DNA of 64,000 nucleotides from NCBI RefSeq assembly GCF_006345805.1, contig NC_043002.1, positions 93,248,001 through 93,312,000 on the forward strand, given 5' to 3'. This document shows positions 13,297 through 25,694 of this stretch, piece by piece. Within the stretch, counting starts at the first letter, position 1; each line of letters opens with the position of its first letter. The translations under genes and the position numbers were made by a program. The DNA is from Octopus sinensis. Its lineage: Eukaryota. The notes under the pieces are model-generated. The model was not told where the DNA came from. It did not search any database and worked only from the letters and a program-made list of their open reading frames with translations.

Positions 13297-13297
<1 letters not shown>
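11908..13297 (-). mobile_element. Internally deleted mariner-superfamily transposon (rosa/DD41D-like), interrupted by a Helitron
   Basis: Imperfect ~26-bp TIRs (tagggtaggtgaaaagtaagtaggca / tgcctagttactttccacccacca) in TA tracts. - strand ORFs give the HTH region (QAARESGLTKHTIHTVLHKELNLCPWKP) joined directly to PRSPDLTPCDFYLWG; the catalytic middle is missing, so the D..D spacing cannot be counted. Confidence 0.75.
12659..13172 (+). mobile_element. Non-autonomous Helitron
   Basis: a|TCtctatatatataaaa 5' end; subterminal hairpin cccgagcaacgccggg; CTAG|t 3' end; inserted between A and T with no TSD. Confidence 0.85.
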
Positions 13298-13329
<32 letters not shown>

Positions 13330-16093
13330 ATTATATACACAATTCAAATAAACAAGTAAAAATTAACGGACAACAAGAGGACATGCACACGAAATGTATT
13401 AGCTCGACGCTTGGTGAAAAGAGCGAGTTTGATGTTTCAAGCATAGCTCTTTGTTAGAAAGGAGAAAAGGAAAAGAAATCGCCAACAGCATGTGTGTAAT
13501 TACATTGCATATATATATATATATATATATAGGCTCTGTCTGGCCCCCGTGTCGGTGGCACGTAAAATCACCATCCGTTCGTGTCCGTTGCCAGCCTCGC
13601 CTGGCCCCGTGCTGGTGACACGTAAAAGCACCATCCATTCATGGCCGTTTGCCAGCTCTGTCTGGCACCTGTGCGGGTGGCACATAAAAAGCACCCACTA
13701 CACTCACGGAGTGGTTGGCGTTAGGAAGGGCATCCAGCCGTAGAAACACTGCCAGATCTGACTGGGCCTGACGAAGCCTTCCAGCTTCACAGACCCCAGT
13801 TGAACCGTCCAACCCATGCTAGCATGGAAAGCGGATGCTAAATGATGATGATGATATAGCAGAAAAGTTTTTCTGTTTAATTCAAACATTTCTCAGTTAC
13901 ACTGTGCAACAGTAATGACAAAAAAATCAACCAGAGGTCTCTCATTGATTTAGTCTAGTCTAACTAAGTAATTTTATGATTATTGTTACGAAAATAAAAA
14001 GCTTTCCCTCTTATATTTTTCTTTAGCAGAATTAGATTTTTTTCTCTAGTTTTACTTCTTTTATCATTGTTACATTTTTTTTCTCTTGCTATTTTTACTA
14101 ATATTTATTATTACAGCTGCTAACTTCTATAAATTTACAATGATCACTGCAGCTGCAACTTTCTCCCCCTCCTCTGTGCATTATAATGATTTTGCCATTA
14201 AGTATCTGGAAATTCCTTCACTAAATTTTCCAAGATGTTTTTGTTTTGAATCTCTTATATGATTATTTGAAAGAACTACTCTGTTGTAAGGTGTATGTAA
14301 ATACAAAGGAGATAATGACTCTTCTATTAATGTAAATACCCTGAGCTAATGGTGATTCAGTAAATGTGGATTTGATCTTTCTCACTCCACCTTACATTAT
14401 CCTTTCTCTTTTCCAGATCTTGACAGTTGTAGGAATCAGTGTAAAGAATGTATTCACATTCTGAAGCTGTTTGTTTATGTCTTGGAATTTTAAGTCCAAC
14501 TTCACTGTCTTCTATCTTTTACTTGTTTCAGTTACTGGACTACAGCCACTCCCAGGCACTGCCTTGAAGTGTTTAGTTGAATGAATCGTCCCCCAGTAAT
14601 TATTTTTTTAAGTCTGGTACTTATTCTATCATTCTCTTTTGCCAAACTGCTAACGTACAGGGATGTAAATTAACCAACACCGGTTGCCAAGTGGTGGTAG
14701 AGGACAAACACAACACATACACAAAGACGCACCACATACATATGTTTGATCTTTTCCTCACATTGGGACCCTGTACCAACAAAGAATCTGTTATGTTGTT
14801 ACTCAGCTTTTTGTACAACATATTTCACATTGTCCGTCTTCGTTTTGGTGTGAAAATCTTTTAGTTCCCAGCATCATGCATGCTAATACTGACTTTACAG
14901 TAAACCCTAACTGACCCTCTCTACGCCCACAACCAATCTCTCTATGACAAGTTTGCAGTCTGTTCTTAGACAAAATTAAAAGTATGGCATATCCAAAATG
15001 CTAGATGTAGCATGACTTGCAACCATTTTGATCTGCTACATCTGTGCTGTTTTTTTGCAAGTAGAATATTGTTAGCATGGATCCTTTATAGAGCAGCAAA
15101 ATAGCCAACTTTTCTCCTCAGCTGGTTTTCTAAGTTTCCTTCTCTTTCTAGTGACTGCAGTTTTTTTACTAAAGCTGCCAAGACACTCTTTCCACTACTG
15201 GTTGACTCTCTCTCTCTCTTTTGTATTTTTTAAGCATCATATATGTTAATTACAAACTTAACATTTGTTTTCCATGTAGCTCCTCCCATGTTCACCTTTC
15301 ACTGCATTCCCTCTACCTTCTATCATGATCCTTATATTAAATATGGTAACACTAACTTAACAATTAGTTTGTGAATAAGACTTGTCTGTCCTCTCTATCC
15401 AGTTACTAGGTAGATAGCTTTGTGATGACTGAACATTGCTGTTTAGCCCCAGGGTAGCCCTACAATGAAAGCCATTCGACTCACAAAAATCCTATCATGT
15501 TTTGTTGCTTTTTTCCTAGATTTAATGTATCTAGGAATATTCCATTATTCAGTATGTCCTTCCTTTTCTTAAGGTGATACAATGTGGTTTGAAGGAGATT
15601 TTTCTATTTCCATCAGGTTGAATTATCATGCAGAGTAAATTTTATTTTTAGCTATCAGTTGTTTTCTCCTAGATCTTGTTTCCTGATCAATCAGTGATAC
15701 AGTATGATTTTTGTTTGTTTATTTAATTAGGTATATTCTTTATATATGTTTTTGATTTTTCACTATGGTAAGGTCTACAGGAATTTCAGGAGAGTATTGG
15801 TTGCACCAAATTATCCTACCAACTCAATCTTCCTGTAACTAATTTTCCTTACTTTGAAGTTATGAACACAGGTTATCTCTCTCTTTCCCTCTCAATGGTG
15901 GAGGGATATTGGAAAAATATAATTATGGCTGTAAAACTTGGATTTGGTCCATAGCAATGAAAATATTTCTTTTGTGCTAAATACATTTACCTCATACATT
16001 ATTGGATAAGACCAGACTAGCTTATTTATTCAGTAACATCATGTATTTACATGTGTACATGTCATATTACCATATTGTTATTTATTATTTAAT

Positions 16094-16155
<62 letters not shown>

Positions 16156-16156
<1 letters not shown>

Positions 16157-16900
16157 TAGCTGACATACCTGGTAATTCCCAGGAAAGTGGGGCTTGTCCC
16201 TTGGTTCCATTCTCATAATTGTTTCGCTAATCCAATAACAACATTACAAAGTATGTAGCCCATAAAACGGTTTTCCTGCATTTACAGAGAATATCAAACT
16301 ATCTTACACAGGATCTTGTTTTTAAGAATTCCCAATAAGTTATGAATACCCAAATTGTGAAGGCAGTTATGTAATAACATGAAATTAGTTACCTGATAGT
16401 AAGAATTCAAATAAAGTAGCCTCGAAAAGGATTTTAATGCATTTCCAGGGTATATATAACATAGGAGGAAATACTAATAGGGTATGTATACTAAAATCGG
16501 GATGCATGATACGTAATAACAGGCTAATCAGATATGAGATACGAGCAATTCAAAGTAAATAACTTTGAAAAGGGCCTTTGTGCATTCCTAGAGAATATTA
16601 CCCTCAACAGCACCAGTGTTGGTATATTCGTGAATAAGTCACTAACCGAAATAAGTGGATTTATTGTTTAGGAAAATACTATTTACTTGTTTAAGGGTTG
16701 TACAGGATAAATTACGAAAATAACTCTAACAGTTCAAATACTAAGAAATAAGCATACTCAATTTGATTTATCTCAAATGATTTAGGAAAATGAATGGGTT
16801 ATTCCCCTTGGCTGTTAAAATCTGGGCAAATGGGTTATTACCCTTACACACACACACATTTGTACACATTCATTCATACTTACATACATATATAATAGGT
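16156..16900 (-). mobile_element. Helitron-like element, old
   Basis: The - strand 3' end reads cctgggaattaccaggtatgtcagCTAG|t (hairpin plus CTAG). The 5' end is degenerate and approximate. Confidence 0.5.
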
Positions 16901-17789
16901 AAATGGTAAGGCATTGGGTCAGGTCAAAAATAAGATGTATACACAACAAAGATAGACAAATATATACGCATGTATTGAAGTACAGGCAGAAAGATATTCA
17001 GGTTATATATACAATTAAGTATATCAATAACGCTGAGGCTAATCAGGGAACTAAATGTACAGTCCATAATATACTTTGGATCTATGCAAGAAGCAGGTTC
17101 CAAGTAAGGTGAGTAATAAATAACAACAGATGAATAATGTGTCAATCCACTACAGCTGTTTCCAACAAATTTTTAATTGATTAATGAAGACATTACATCA
17201 TTAGAAAAAACCATTTTAATCGGGTAAATACATGAATCACAACATTCAAAAACATTCAAAACCCAACAGTTTGCACCACTTCATGATTCTATGACCATTG
17301 TTGATCATAGAATGAATTTGTTAGTACAGTTTGGTAGTATTATAGGAAAAACTAATGCAATGTCAGGCGTGGGTAGAAGATTTAAAGCAAGAGGGAAAGG
17401 GCTCAAATAGCAAAGCATTTCACCCCTACAACTAAGATAGAGTTAGTTTCTTTTTATCTTTTATTTCTATTCAATAAGGTTTTGGGGCTAAGTACAAAGG
17501 GTAAAGTCACCAAGTTATTTATTTATCTAACAGCCTTCTATATGCCTCCTTTAAGGTTGGAAAGACCATAAAAAAAGAGACAGTAAGTTTAGGATGCGCT
17601 GATAGAGGAGAGGATATCAAATAAGAAGAGTGGCCATCATATAAATAATTAGATTAAGTATACAATAAAAAGTATATGAAAGCAGATGGATAATAATAAA
17701 AAATGGAAGTGGTAAATAATGACTATGTACAGAATCTTATAGGAATTAAAAAATAATTAAAGAGTAGTTAAAATAGTTAAAATCTTTTT

Positions 17790-18390
17790 TTAAACTCAGA
17801 CATAAGGCTAATAGCACATCATTACCTAGAAATATTTGGAACTTAAGGATAACAATATCAAGTTCAACATTATGTGGAACATAATTCATAGGGCTCAGCC
17901 ATACTCCATCCACAGATATGGGTGTGGACTGTGCTGTATGGAGCTATACAAAATATTAAGAAATAAGAATAATGCTCATTTAATTAATAATAAATTAGAT
18001 CTGACAGTTTCGTGCATTCACAAAATCCTTCATACCATTAAATATTTTTAAAGTACTGCATAACCCTATAACCCCTGTTTTATCTCACCATTTCTGGTTA
18101 CTGTACTCTATCTTACCTTCTATCACTATCTGTAGTCTGGTGGTCACTAAGAAAACTGGGTGTAGATGAATGGCTTATGATTGCCATATAAATTACATAT
18201 ATATGTGGAGTAACATGAAAGTTAGCAATAAATTGAGCTATATAACACACAAATAGGTGTTCTTCAGGGTTCAGTTCTCAGCTTCATCTTGTTTATAATA
18301 AAGTTTTTCAAACTATAACAGGACTTCAAGTCTGAGGAAACTCTTATTTCATGTAACTGATTGAGTTGAGTAACAAAAGTTTGTTGTAAT
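17790..18390 (+). mobile_element. Penelope-like element (PLE) 3' fragment
   Basis: ELKDNNIKFNIMWNIIHRAQPY...CGLCCMELYKIL...LINNKLDLTVSCIHK resembles the PLE GIY-YIG C-terminal signature W.I...A.PY....C.LC..E...I......LN...E....C.H. Confidence 0.65.
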
Positions 18391-18429
18391 TGTTTAACCT
18401 CAGGTCAACCCTGATCAAGTTCCTTCTCG

Positions 18430-18648
18430 AGCCATGCCAGGCTCATAAGGGCCGGTTTCCCAGTTTCAGTGGCGTAGAAATTCCCCACCTGGACGGGATG
18501 CTAGTCCATCGCAGGATTACTCATTTTTGCCAGCTGAGTGGACTGGAGCAATGTGAAATAAAGAACACAACACACCGCCCGATCCAGGAATCGAAACCAC
18601 AGCCTTATGATCATGAGTTCAACACCTTAACCACTAAGCCATGCGCCT
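18430..18648 (-). mobile_element. tRNA-derived SINE (third family)
   Basis: - strand head aggcgcaTGGCTTAGTGGttaagg...GGTTTCGATTCCtgg (A and B boxes), then cctgcgatggactagcatcccgtccagg. Confidence 0.7.
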
Positions 18649-19449
18649 ACAGCATTCTCGTTGTGATTATCCCATTTTTTTTTTTTTATTTGGACTTAAT
18701 ATATCTAGTACTACATTACCCAATATATCCTTCTTTGTTTTAAACCAATAGCATATGATTTGATAGAGATTTGGCTGGTGCTATTTCTAGCTGGCAAAGT
18801 AACCACATAGAGGCTACTCATAACTTTTTGAAAATGGTACATAGTGGCACATCAGAGAGAGTTAATTTATAGTTTATTTTCTCTATTGAATCAATATTTT
18901 ACAATCTCAATAAATTGTATTTAGTTGAGTATTTGAAATCAGCTCTGATTGAGGAGACCCAGGTGTAGTGGTTGCTAATGAAATATTTTGGGTTTTATTT
19001 GTAACTACATTGCACTGTTGGTCATGCAGTTTCACTGTACAGATGAACAGTGGGTATGCACCCTGTAATGATATGCAGAAAGGTGTACTAAACTATATTT
19101 TGTGTGTGTGTGTGTGTGTGAATACATAGGCATGGACATATGTGATTACATAGTTTGCAACCACATGGTTTTATATTTGGTCCATGTATGTGGCACTTTG
19201 AGCAAGCATCTATTACAGCCATGTAGCAACCAATGTTTTGAGTGTGGAAATGGTAAGCAGAAAGTGAGAGGCTCATTGTATTTATTTGTGTATGTCTGTG
19301 TGTCTGTGCTATTTGATTTGTGGAGTTCTCACTTTCTATTAGTAAATTTTGAATGGCTAACTCTATAGAAGATATATATCACCAAGCCTACCTTTTATGC
19401 ACTGCTGTCCTTTGCTCTTGAACTTTAGAAAGGTCTCTTTAAAAGCAAA

Positions 19450-19804
19450 TCTTTATATATAAAAGAGAAGTTGTGTGTCTGTCTCCTACGATTTAGATTC
19501 CTAACTACTCCCACATTTTAGTCATGATTCATATCGAGCCCTTCTGAGTATTAGCGTGCGTCTACGATTTAAAAAAAAATTTACCATCATTTTTTTCCAT
19601 TTTAATGTATTTTTTCGCTATTATATAAGGGAAATAACTCTCTAAAAATGTCTACGATGAGTCAACGGTTTTAAAAAAAAATTTACCATCATTTTTTTTC
19701 CATTTTTAATGCATGTTTTTGCTATTTTTTGGCTATAACTCTCTAAAAATGCTTATATAGTTATTTCCCTTACAAACCCGAGCAACGCCGGGCGATACTG
19801 CTAG
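19450..19804 (+). mobile_element. Non-autonomous Helitron (same family as 12659-13172)
   Basis: a|TCtttatatataaaa ... cccgagcaacgccgggcgatactgCTAG|t. Shorter than 12659-13172, with an internal duplication. Confidence 0.85.
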
Positions 19805-20859
19805 TTTTAAATAAAAGCACTATGTTTCTTTTGTTAACTACAGAGGTAATATTAACTTCTATAGTTTAATTGAAGTCTTCACAATACAACATTGATAGAA
19901 TATAAGGAGTACTCAAGAGTTCCTTATGTGGCATTTGATTTCTTGATTTCTACTCACTTGTCCCCTTTTTAAGGTGTTAAAACTTTTAGTATCCTCAATC
20001 TCTCTGAGATTCAATTTTCAAATTTCTTGAGCTGAAATGTTCTTTGTAGAATATCTATCATTGCTGTATCTCTATATTTTTGACATATTTTGACATATTC
20101 CCAATTGTACATTAAAATATTTTCCAAATATGTGATATTAATTTCTAATTTAGGTACAAGGCAGGAAATGCGCTTGACTGTCGTCTCTAGTTGAGGAATT
20201 TTCTTTATCCTCTTCCACTAGCGTTCACCACTATTTTCACCCATCCACTACTCTACTGTTTCTCCAATTCATATTCATTTTGTCTGCCACTTTACCAATC
20301 CTGACAGAAGTATTACAGTGTTTGTTTTAATAATTAGCTAGGAAGACAGAACTATACCCATGGCCTTCACAGATTCTCCAAGGTTATGTCTTGTTTTCAG
20401 ATCTATATTTACTGCCAAAGAGTAACAGAGTTACACAACTATGATCCTTTGTACTAGAGGCACAAGACCTGAAATTTCAGAGGAAGGGAATAGTTGATTA
20501 CATCGACCCCAGTGCTCAACTGGTACTTATTTCATCAACCCTGAAAGGGTGAAAGGCAAAGTGAACCCCAGTGGATTTTGAACCGAGAATATGCGGATGA
20601 ATTGCCACTAAGCATTTCACCAGGTGAAATCATTGCTGTTACTAGAGCACCTTTGATTGTTGATTGAGAAGGATGACCTTTTGTCAAGGAATAAAGGGAA
20701 TGCTTACATATCTAAATATAAGATTAAATTTTAATATTGATTTTAGTCTTTTTTGTCCTTTGATATAATATATATACATCCCCGAAACTCAGTGGTTTGG
20801 CAAAAGAGACCAATAGAATAATTGGTGGCGGCTTTATCTCATATCTGAGTGTTTATTTT

Positions 20860-21075
20860 CTTCTTTACTGAATGCTTCCTTTATGGTGATGCTGTTGATG
20901 ACTCTGTAGACCAATTCTTGCATAGAAAAGTCAATGGCATTGACTGTATGGCAATGGTGGTAGAGGATGAGGTTGATTTTCTCAAGCCTTTCTCTCTTGT
21001 CGTTTGATTTCATCCCTTTCTCTTCTGGTGGCTTTGAAGTTTCTGGTTCTGATGGTGATGGAACGCCACCACTTG
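20860..21075 (-). mobile_element. RTE LINE C-terminal fragment with C2H2-like finger
   Basis: The - strand reads KWWRSITIRTRNFKATRRERDEIKRQERKA*ENQPHPLPPLPYSQCH*LFYARIGLQSHQQHH. Confidence 0.6.
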
Positions 21076-21889
21076 GTATAGTTTTGGACTTGTGTTAAGC
21101 CATTAGACTGCAGCCATGCTGGAGCACCACCTTGAAGAATAAGTACTGGGGTCGATTCATTCAACTGAAAATTCTTCAAGGCGGTGCCCCAGCATGGCTG
21201 CAGTCTAATGACTGAAACAAGTCAAAGATAAAAGATACTAAGATAAAAAGCCAAAACTATATTTTAGTTTTTCTGTCCTTCAATATAAATAGATTCAAAG
21301 AAATAACCACAATGTTTGTACAAACACAAATTTACTTAAAATCAGTTTCATCTCTTACCTGAAACTGACAGTGTTGTAACTGCTTGTGAATTAGTCCTAC
21401 CACATCATCACCATCATCATCGTTTAATGTCCGTTTTCCATGCTAACATGGGTTGGACAGTTTTCACTGAGGGCTGGCAACCAGATGGCTGCGCCAGGCT
21501 CCAGTCTTGATCTGGCAGAGTTTCTACAGCTGGATGCCCTTCTTAATGCCAACCACTCCGAGAGTGTAGTGGGTGCTTTTTACATGCCACCTGCACAGGG
21601 GCCAGCCAGGCAGTACTGGCAATGACCTCACTCGAATCTTTTAGAGGTGCCAGTGAAGCGACGTTGGTAACAATCACACTTGAATGGTGCCCTTTTATGT
21701 GCCACAGGTACGGAAGCCAGTTGGCTGCTCTGGCAACGATCACAATGTAAATCTATAAACCAGTATTAATTTGAAGTTCAAAAATCATTCAATGGTGATT
21801 GGTATCAGATTATAATGATTGCAAGGAATTGACACTGAATAATAAATTTAGAGGCAGAGAAAATAAGACTGGGAATTAGATAATGATGA

Positions 21890-23072
21890 TACCTCTGGAC
21901 ACATAAGAGGTGCAGCAACATCAAAGGAAAATTAATCGAGAAGATAGCTTTTGTATGTGGCAGATGCACAGTGGCAATAGACACCACAGATACTCAGAAA
22001 ACAGGTTCCATCACACTCCAGGGGGAGAAACTAAAAGTAGTTGATAGCTTCTGCTACCTAGGTGACCAAGTTAGTAGTGGGGGTGGATGTTCAGAGAGTG
22101 TTACCACTAGAATAAGAATAGCCTAGGCAAAGTTTAGAAAGCTTCTTCCCCTACTGGTGTCAAAGGGTTCTCGCTCAGAGTGGAAGGTAGATTGTACGAC
22201 ACATGTGTGCGAACTGCCATGCTTCATGGCAGTGAAACACAGGCCGTGACTGCGGAGGACATGCATAGGCTCGAAAGAAATGAAGCTAGCAAGATCCACT
22301 GGATGTGTAATGTCAGTGTGCACGCATAACAGTGTGTAAGTGCCCTGAGAGAAAGGTTGGACATAAGAAGCATCAGATGTGACATGCAGGAGAGACATTT
22401 GCGTTGGTATGGTCATGTACTACGGATGGATGAGGAGAGATGTGTGAAGAAGTGCCACTCTCAAACAGTTGAAGCAATCTGGGGTAAAGGTAGACCTAGG
22501 AAGACATGAATTGGGATGGTCAAGTATGACCTTTGAACGTTGGGCCTCACAGAGGCAATGATGAAAAACCGAGACCCCTGGAGATATGCTGTGACTGCAA
22601 AGACCTGACAAATGAAATGAGTTCATGGCTTGCAGGATGGCCTGCTGTGCTTACCTTAGATCATAGGGCAACTTGCTGTGCTTGAGGAGACCTATTGAGT
22701 CAAGTACATCAACATCAAAATAAAAATTCAAATGGAAATTGTTATTGTGATACATGTGCCGGTGGCACGGAAAAAACACCATCCAAACATGGCTGATGCC
22801 AGCGACACCTTGACTGGCATCCGTGCCGGTGGCACGTAAAAAGCACCAGCCTATCGTGGTCATTGCCAGCCTCCTCTGGCCCCTGTGCTGGTGGCACATA
22901 AAAAGCACCCACTACGCTCATGGAGTGGTTGTCGTTAGGAAGGGCATCCAGCTGTAGAAACACTGCCAGATCAGACTGGAGCCTGGTGCAGCCTCCTGGC
23001 TTCCCAGACCCCGGTCGAACCGTCTAACCCGTGCTAGCATGGAAAACGGATGTTAAACGATGATGATGATGA
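21890..23072 (+). mobile_element. 5'-truncated RTE LINE: ORF C-terminus, 3'UTR with 60-bp repeats, (GAT)n tail
   Basis: LWTHKRCSNIKGK...CGRC...VVDSFCYLGDQVSSGGGCSE...AMLHGSET...RHLRWYGHVLRMDEERCVKK...GRPRKT runs without a break into the family C sequence, ending gttaaacgatgatgatgatga. Confidence 0.85.
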
Positions 23073-24071
23073 CTTTGTGTTTCTGTGGTAGCAATATTAA
23101 AAAAAAAATGCCCAGCTGTCAACATTTGAAACTATTGACCTATGTTTAGTAATTTAATTTATGGTCATTGAATGACACAATCCAATTTGGCTAGGTGTTT
23201 CAAGTTGGTCCTTTAAAACTTTTAAGTGGGTTATTAAAACTTAGATTCAGTTGGCAAACACAATTTAACTCTATTAATGTGTACCATCTTAATGATCCAA
23301 TTAGCCCGACAGATTCCATTATATATTACTGTATTGAAAAGGTAATTTTTAAATAACTGAACAAGGTGAAAAACACACATACAGTCAACACCACTATCAT
23401 CATTATCATCTTTTCTTATCTACTATAGGCACAAAGCATGACATTTAGGAGGAGGGGATAGTCTTTTATATCAACCCCAATATTCAACTGGTATCTTGAT
23501 CCTGAAAGGATAAAAGGCAATGTTGACCTCAGAACATGAAGAAAGGCTTCTTAGCATTTTTTCTGACATGCTAACAATTCTACCAGCTCACCGCCTTTCT
23601 TCATTATCATCATCATCATCATCATTATAATAATGTTCGTTTCCCCCCTCCCTTGCTGTCTTGTGTTGTCATGCAACATAATTCCATTTATTGTGATCTT
23701 GCACCATTTTATCAGTTATGCATGCTATTCTTACATCTCAACTTCATCTCTTTCTTGTTTATTCCTTGTTTTTCTTCTGTTATGGCACTCTCCATTTGTA
23801 AACTTTTTACATGGTTTCATCCCACATATATAATCTATTCATATTACTAGGCCATACCAGCTCAGATGACTTTTAGGCAGGCACTTATAATGCTCAACTA
23901 CTTTCTGAATAGAAATGTAGGTATGATTATTTCAAATGTTTTCAACATCAGGAAAAGAAAAAATCTTAGATTAAATACAGTGATGAGAAAAAGATATATT
24001 AGGTGTTAGCTCTAACATTATTGTGTGGCTGAACAAACGAGGGAGACAACACTGAACATGTAAGCTCTATT

Positions 24072-24480
24072 GGTGCAGGAGTGGCTGTGTGGTAAGAAGC
24101 TTGCTTCCTAACCACATGGTTCTGGGTTCAGTCCAACTGAGTGGCACCTTGGGCAAGTGTCTTCTACTATAGTCTCAGGCCAACCAAAGCCTTGTGAGTG
24201 GATTTGGTAGACAGAAACTGAAAGAAGCCCATCGTATATATGTATATATATATATTCATGTGTGTGTATGTGTTTGTGTGTCTGTGTTTGTCTCCCCAAC
24301 ATCGCTTGACAACCGATGCTGTGTGTTTACGTCCCCGTAACTTAGCCGTTTGGCAAAAGAGACTGATACAATAAGTACTAGGCTTCCAAAGAATAAGTCC
24401 TGGGGTCGATTTGCTCGACTAAAGGCGGTGCTCCAGCATGGCCACAGTCAAATAACTGAAACAAGTAAAAGAGTAAAGAG
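24072..24480 (+). mobile_element. tRNA-headed composite SINE family A, full copy
   Basis: A-box-like tggctgtgtggtaag, B-box-like gggttcagtcc, CORE-like gcaccttgggcaagt, internal (TA)/(TG) microsatellite, body ending gactgaaacaagtaaaaagagtaaagag. Confidence 0.85.
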
Positions 24481-25341
24481 TTATTAACTTTAGCAAGAGT
24501 TTTTTCACTACTAAGATGCTTCTTACTTAATCATAAGCACACTTATATCTACCTACCTGTTAAAAGATCTCTTGGCTTGCTTATTAAGTCCTCTTTCACT
24601 ATTACCTGTTCTGTGGTTGTGTCTTGATGTTTGTTTCTGTCCTTTTTACAATTCTCCAAACATTTTTTTTCCCTCTAATACCCACCATCTTCTGTGTTTA
24701 TTCCCTGACATCCTCTCATAACATATCTTAATCTGCTACAATTTGAAACTGTTGCTTATGCATTGAAAACACACACACATACTCTCTCTCATCATCATCG
24801 TTTAACGTCCGCTTTCCATGCTAGCATGGGTTGGATGGTTTTCACTGAGGGCTGGCAACCAGATGGCTGCAACAGGCTCCAGTTTTGATCTGGCAGAGTT
24901 TCTACAGCTGGATGCCCTTCCTAATGCCAACCACTCCGAGAGTGTAGTGGGTGATTTTTATGTGCCACCTGCACGGGGGCCAGTCAGGCGGTACTGGCAG
25001 CAGCCACACTCAAATCTTTTTACACGTGCCACTGACACAGGTGCCAGTGAAGCGACGTTGGTAATGATCACGCTCGAATGGTGCCCTGAAGATAATAAAA
25101 ATAAAGTTATAAATTTTTTCAATTTAATAATATTCTGGTTACATAAGGCGGTCAGCTGGCAGAAATGTTAGAGCGCTGGGTAAAATACTAGCAGCATTTC
25201 ATCTATCTTTACATTCTGAGATCAAATTCTGCTGAGGTTGACTTTGCCCTTCATCCTTTTGGGGTTGATAAAAAAAGTACCAGTCAAGCACAGGGTTGGT
25301 GTAATTGATTTACCCACTTGCCTGAAATTACTGGCCTTACT

Positions 25342-25492
25342 TTTTTACTTGTTTCAGTCATTTGACTGTGGCCATGCTGGAGCACCGCCTTTAGTCGAGC
25401 AAATCGACCCCAGGACTTATTCTTTGTAAGCCTAATACTTATTCTATCGGTTGTCAAGCGATGTTGGGGGGACAAACACAGACAAACATACA

Positions 25493-25530
<38 letters not shown>

Positions 25531-25694
25531 CATATACACGACGGGCTTCTTTCAGTTTCCGTCTACCAAATCCACTCACAAGGCTTTGGTCGGCCCGAGG
25601 CTATAGTAGAAGACACTTGCCCAAGGTGCCACACAGTGGGACTGAACCTGGAACCATGTGATACGTAAGCAAGCTACTTACCACACAGCCACTC
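25342..25694 (-). mobile_element. SINE family A copy with internal deletion
   Basis: Reverse complement of 24072-24480, from ttttacttgtttcagtc to ccacacagccactc. Confidence 0.85.

Noticed and set aside
14400-14500. Strong acceptor tcctttctcttttccag near 14418 as an exon of another gene
   Set aside because: Downstream frames are short or unrecognisable, and no partner exons were found.
17140-17165. Half hammerhead (- strand gaa-acagctgt-a-gtgga)
   Set aside because: It has a palindromic helix III and a GUA triplet, but no upstream CUGANGA or helix II.
18350-18390. Possible hammerhead ctgattga-gtt-gagt-aac-aaaa at the PLE end
   Set aside because: It has an insertion in the core, G12 is missing and no helix I can be drawn; at best a dead remnant.
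24072-24150. tRNA genes at SINE heads (also 18570-18648 and 656-745)
   Set aside because: A and B boxes are present, but there is no complete cloverleaf and each continues into a SINE body.
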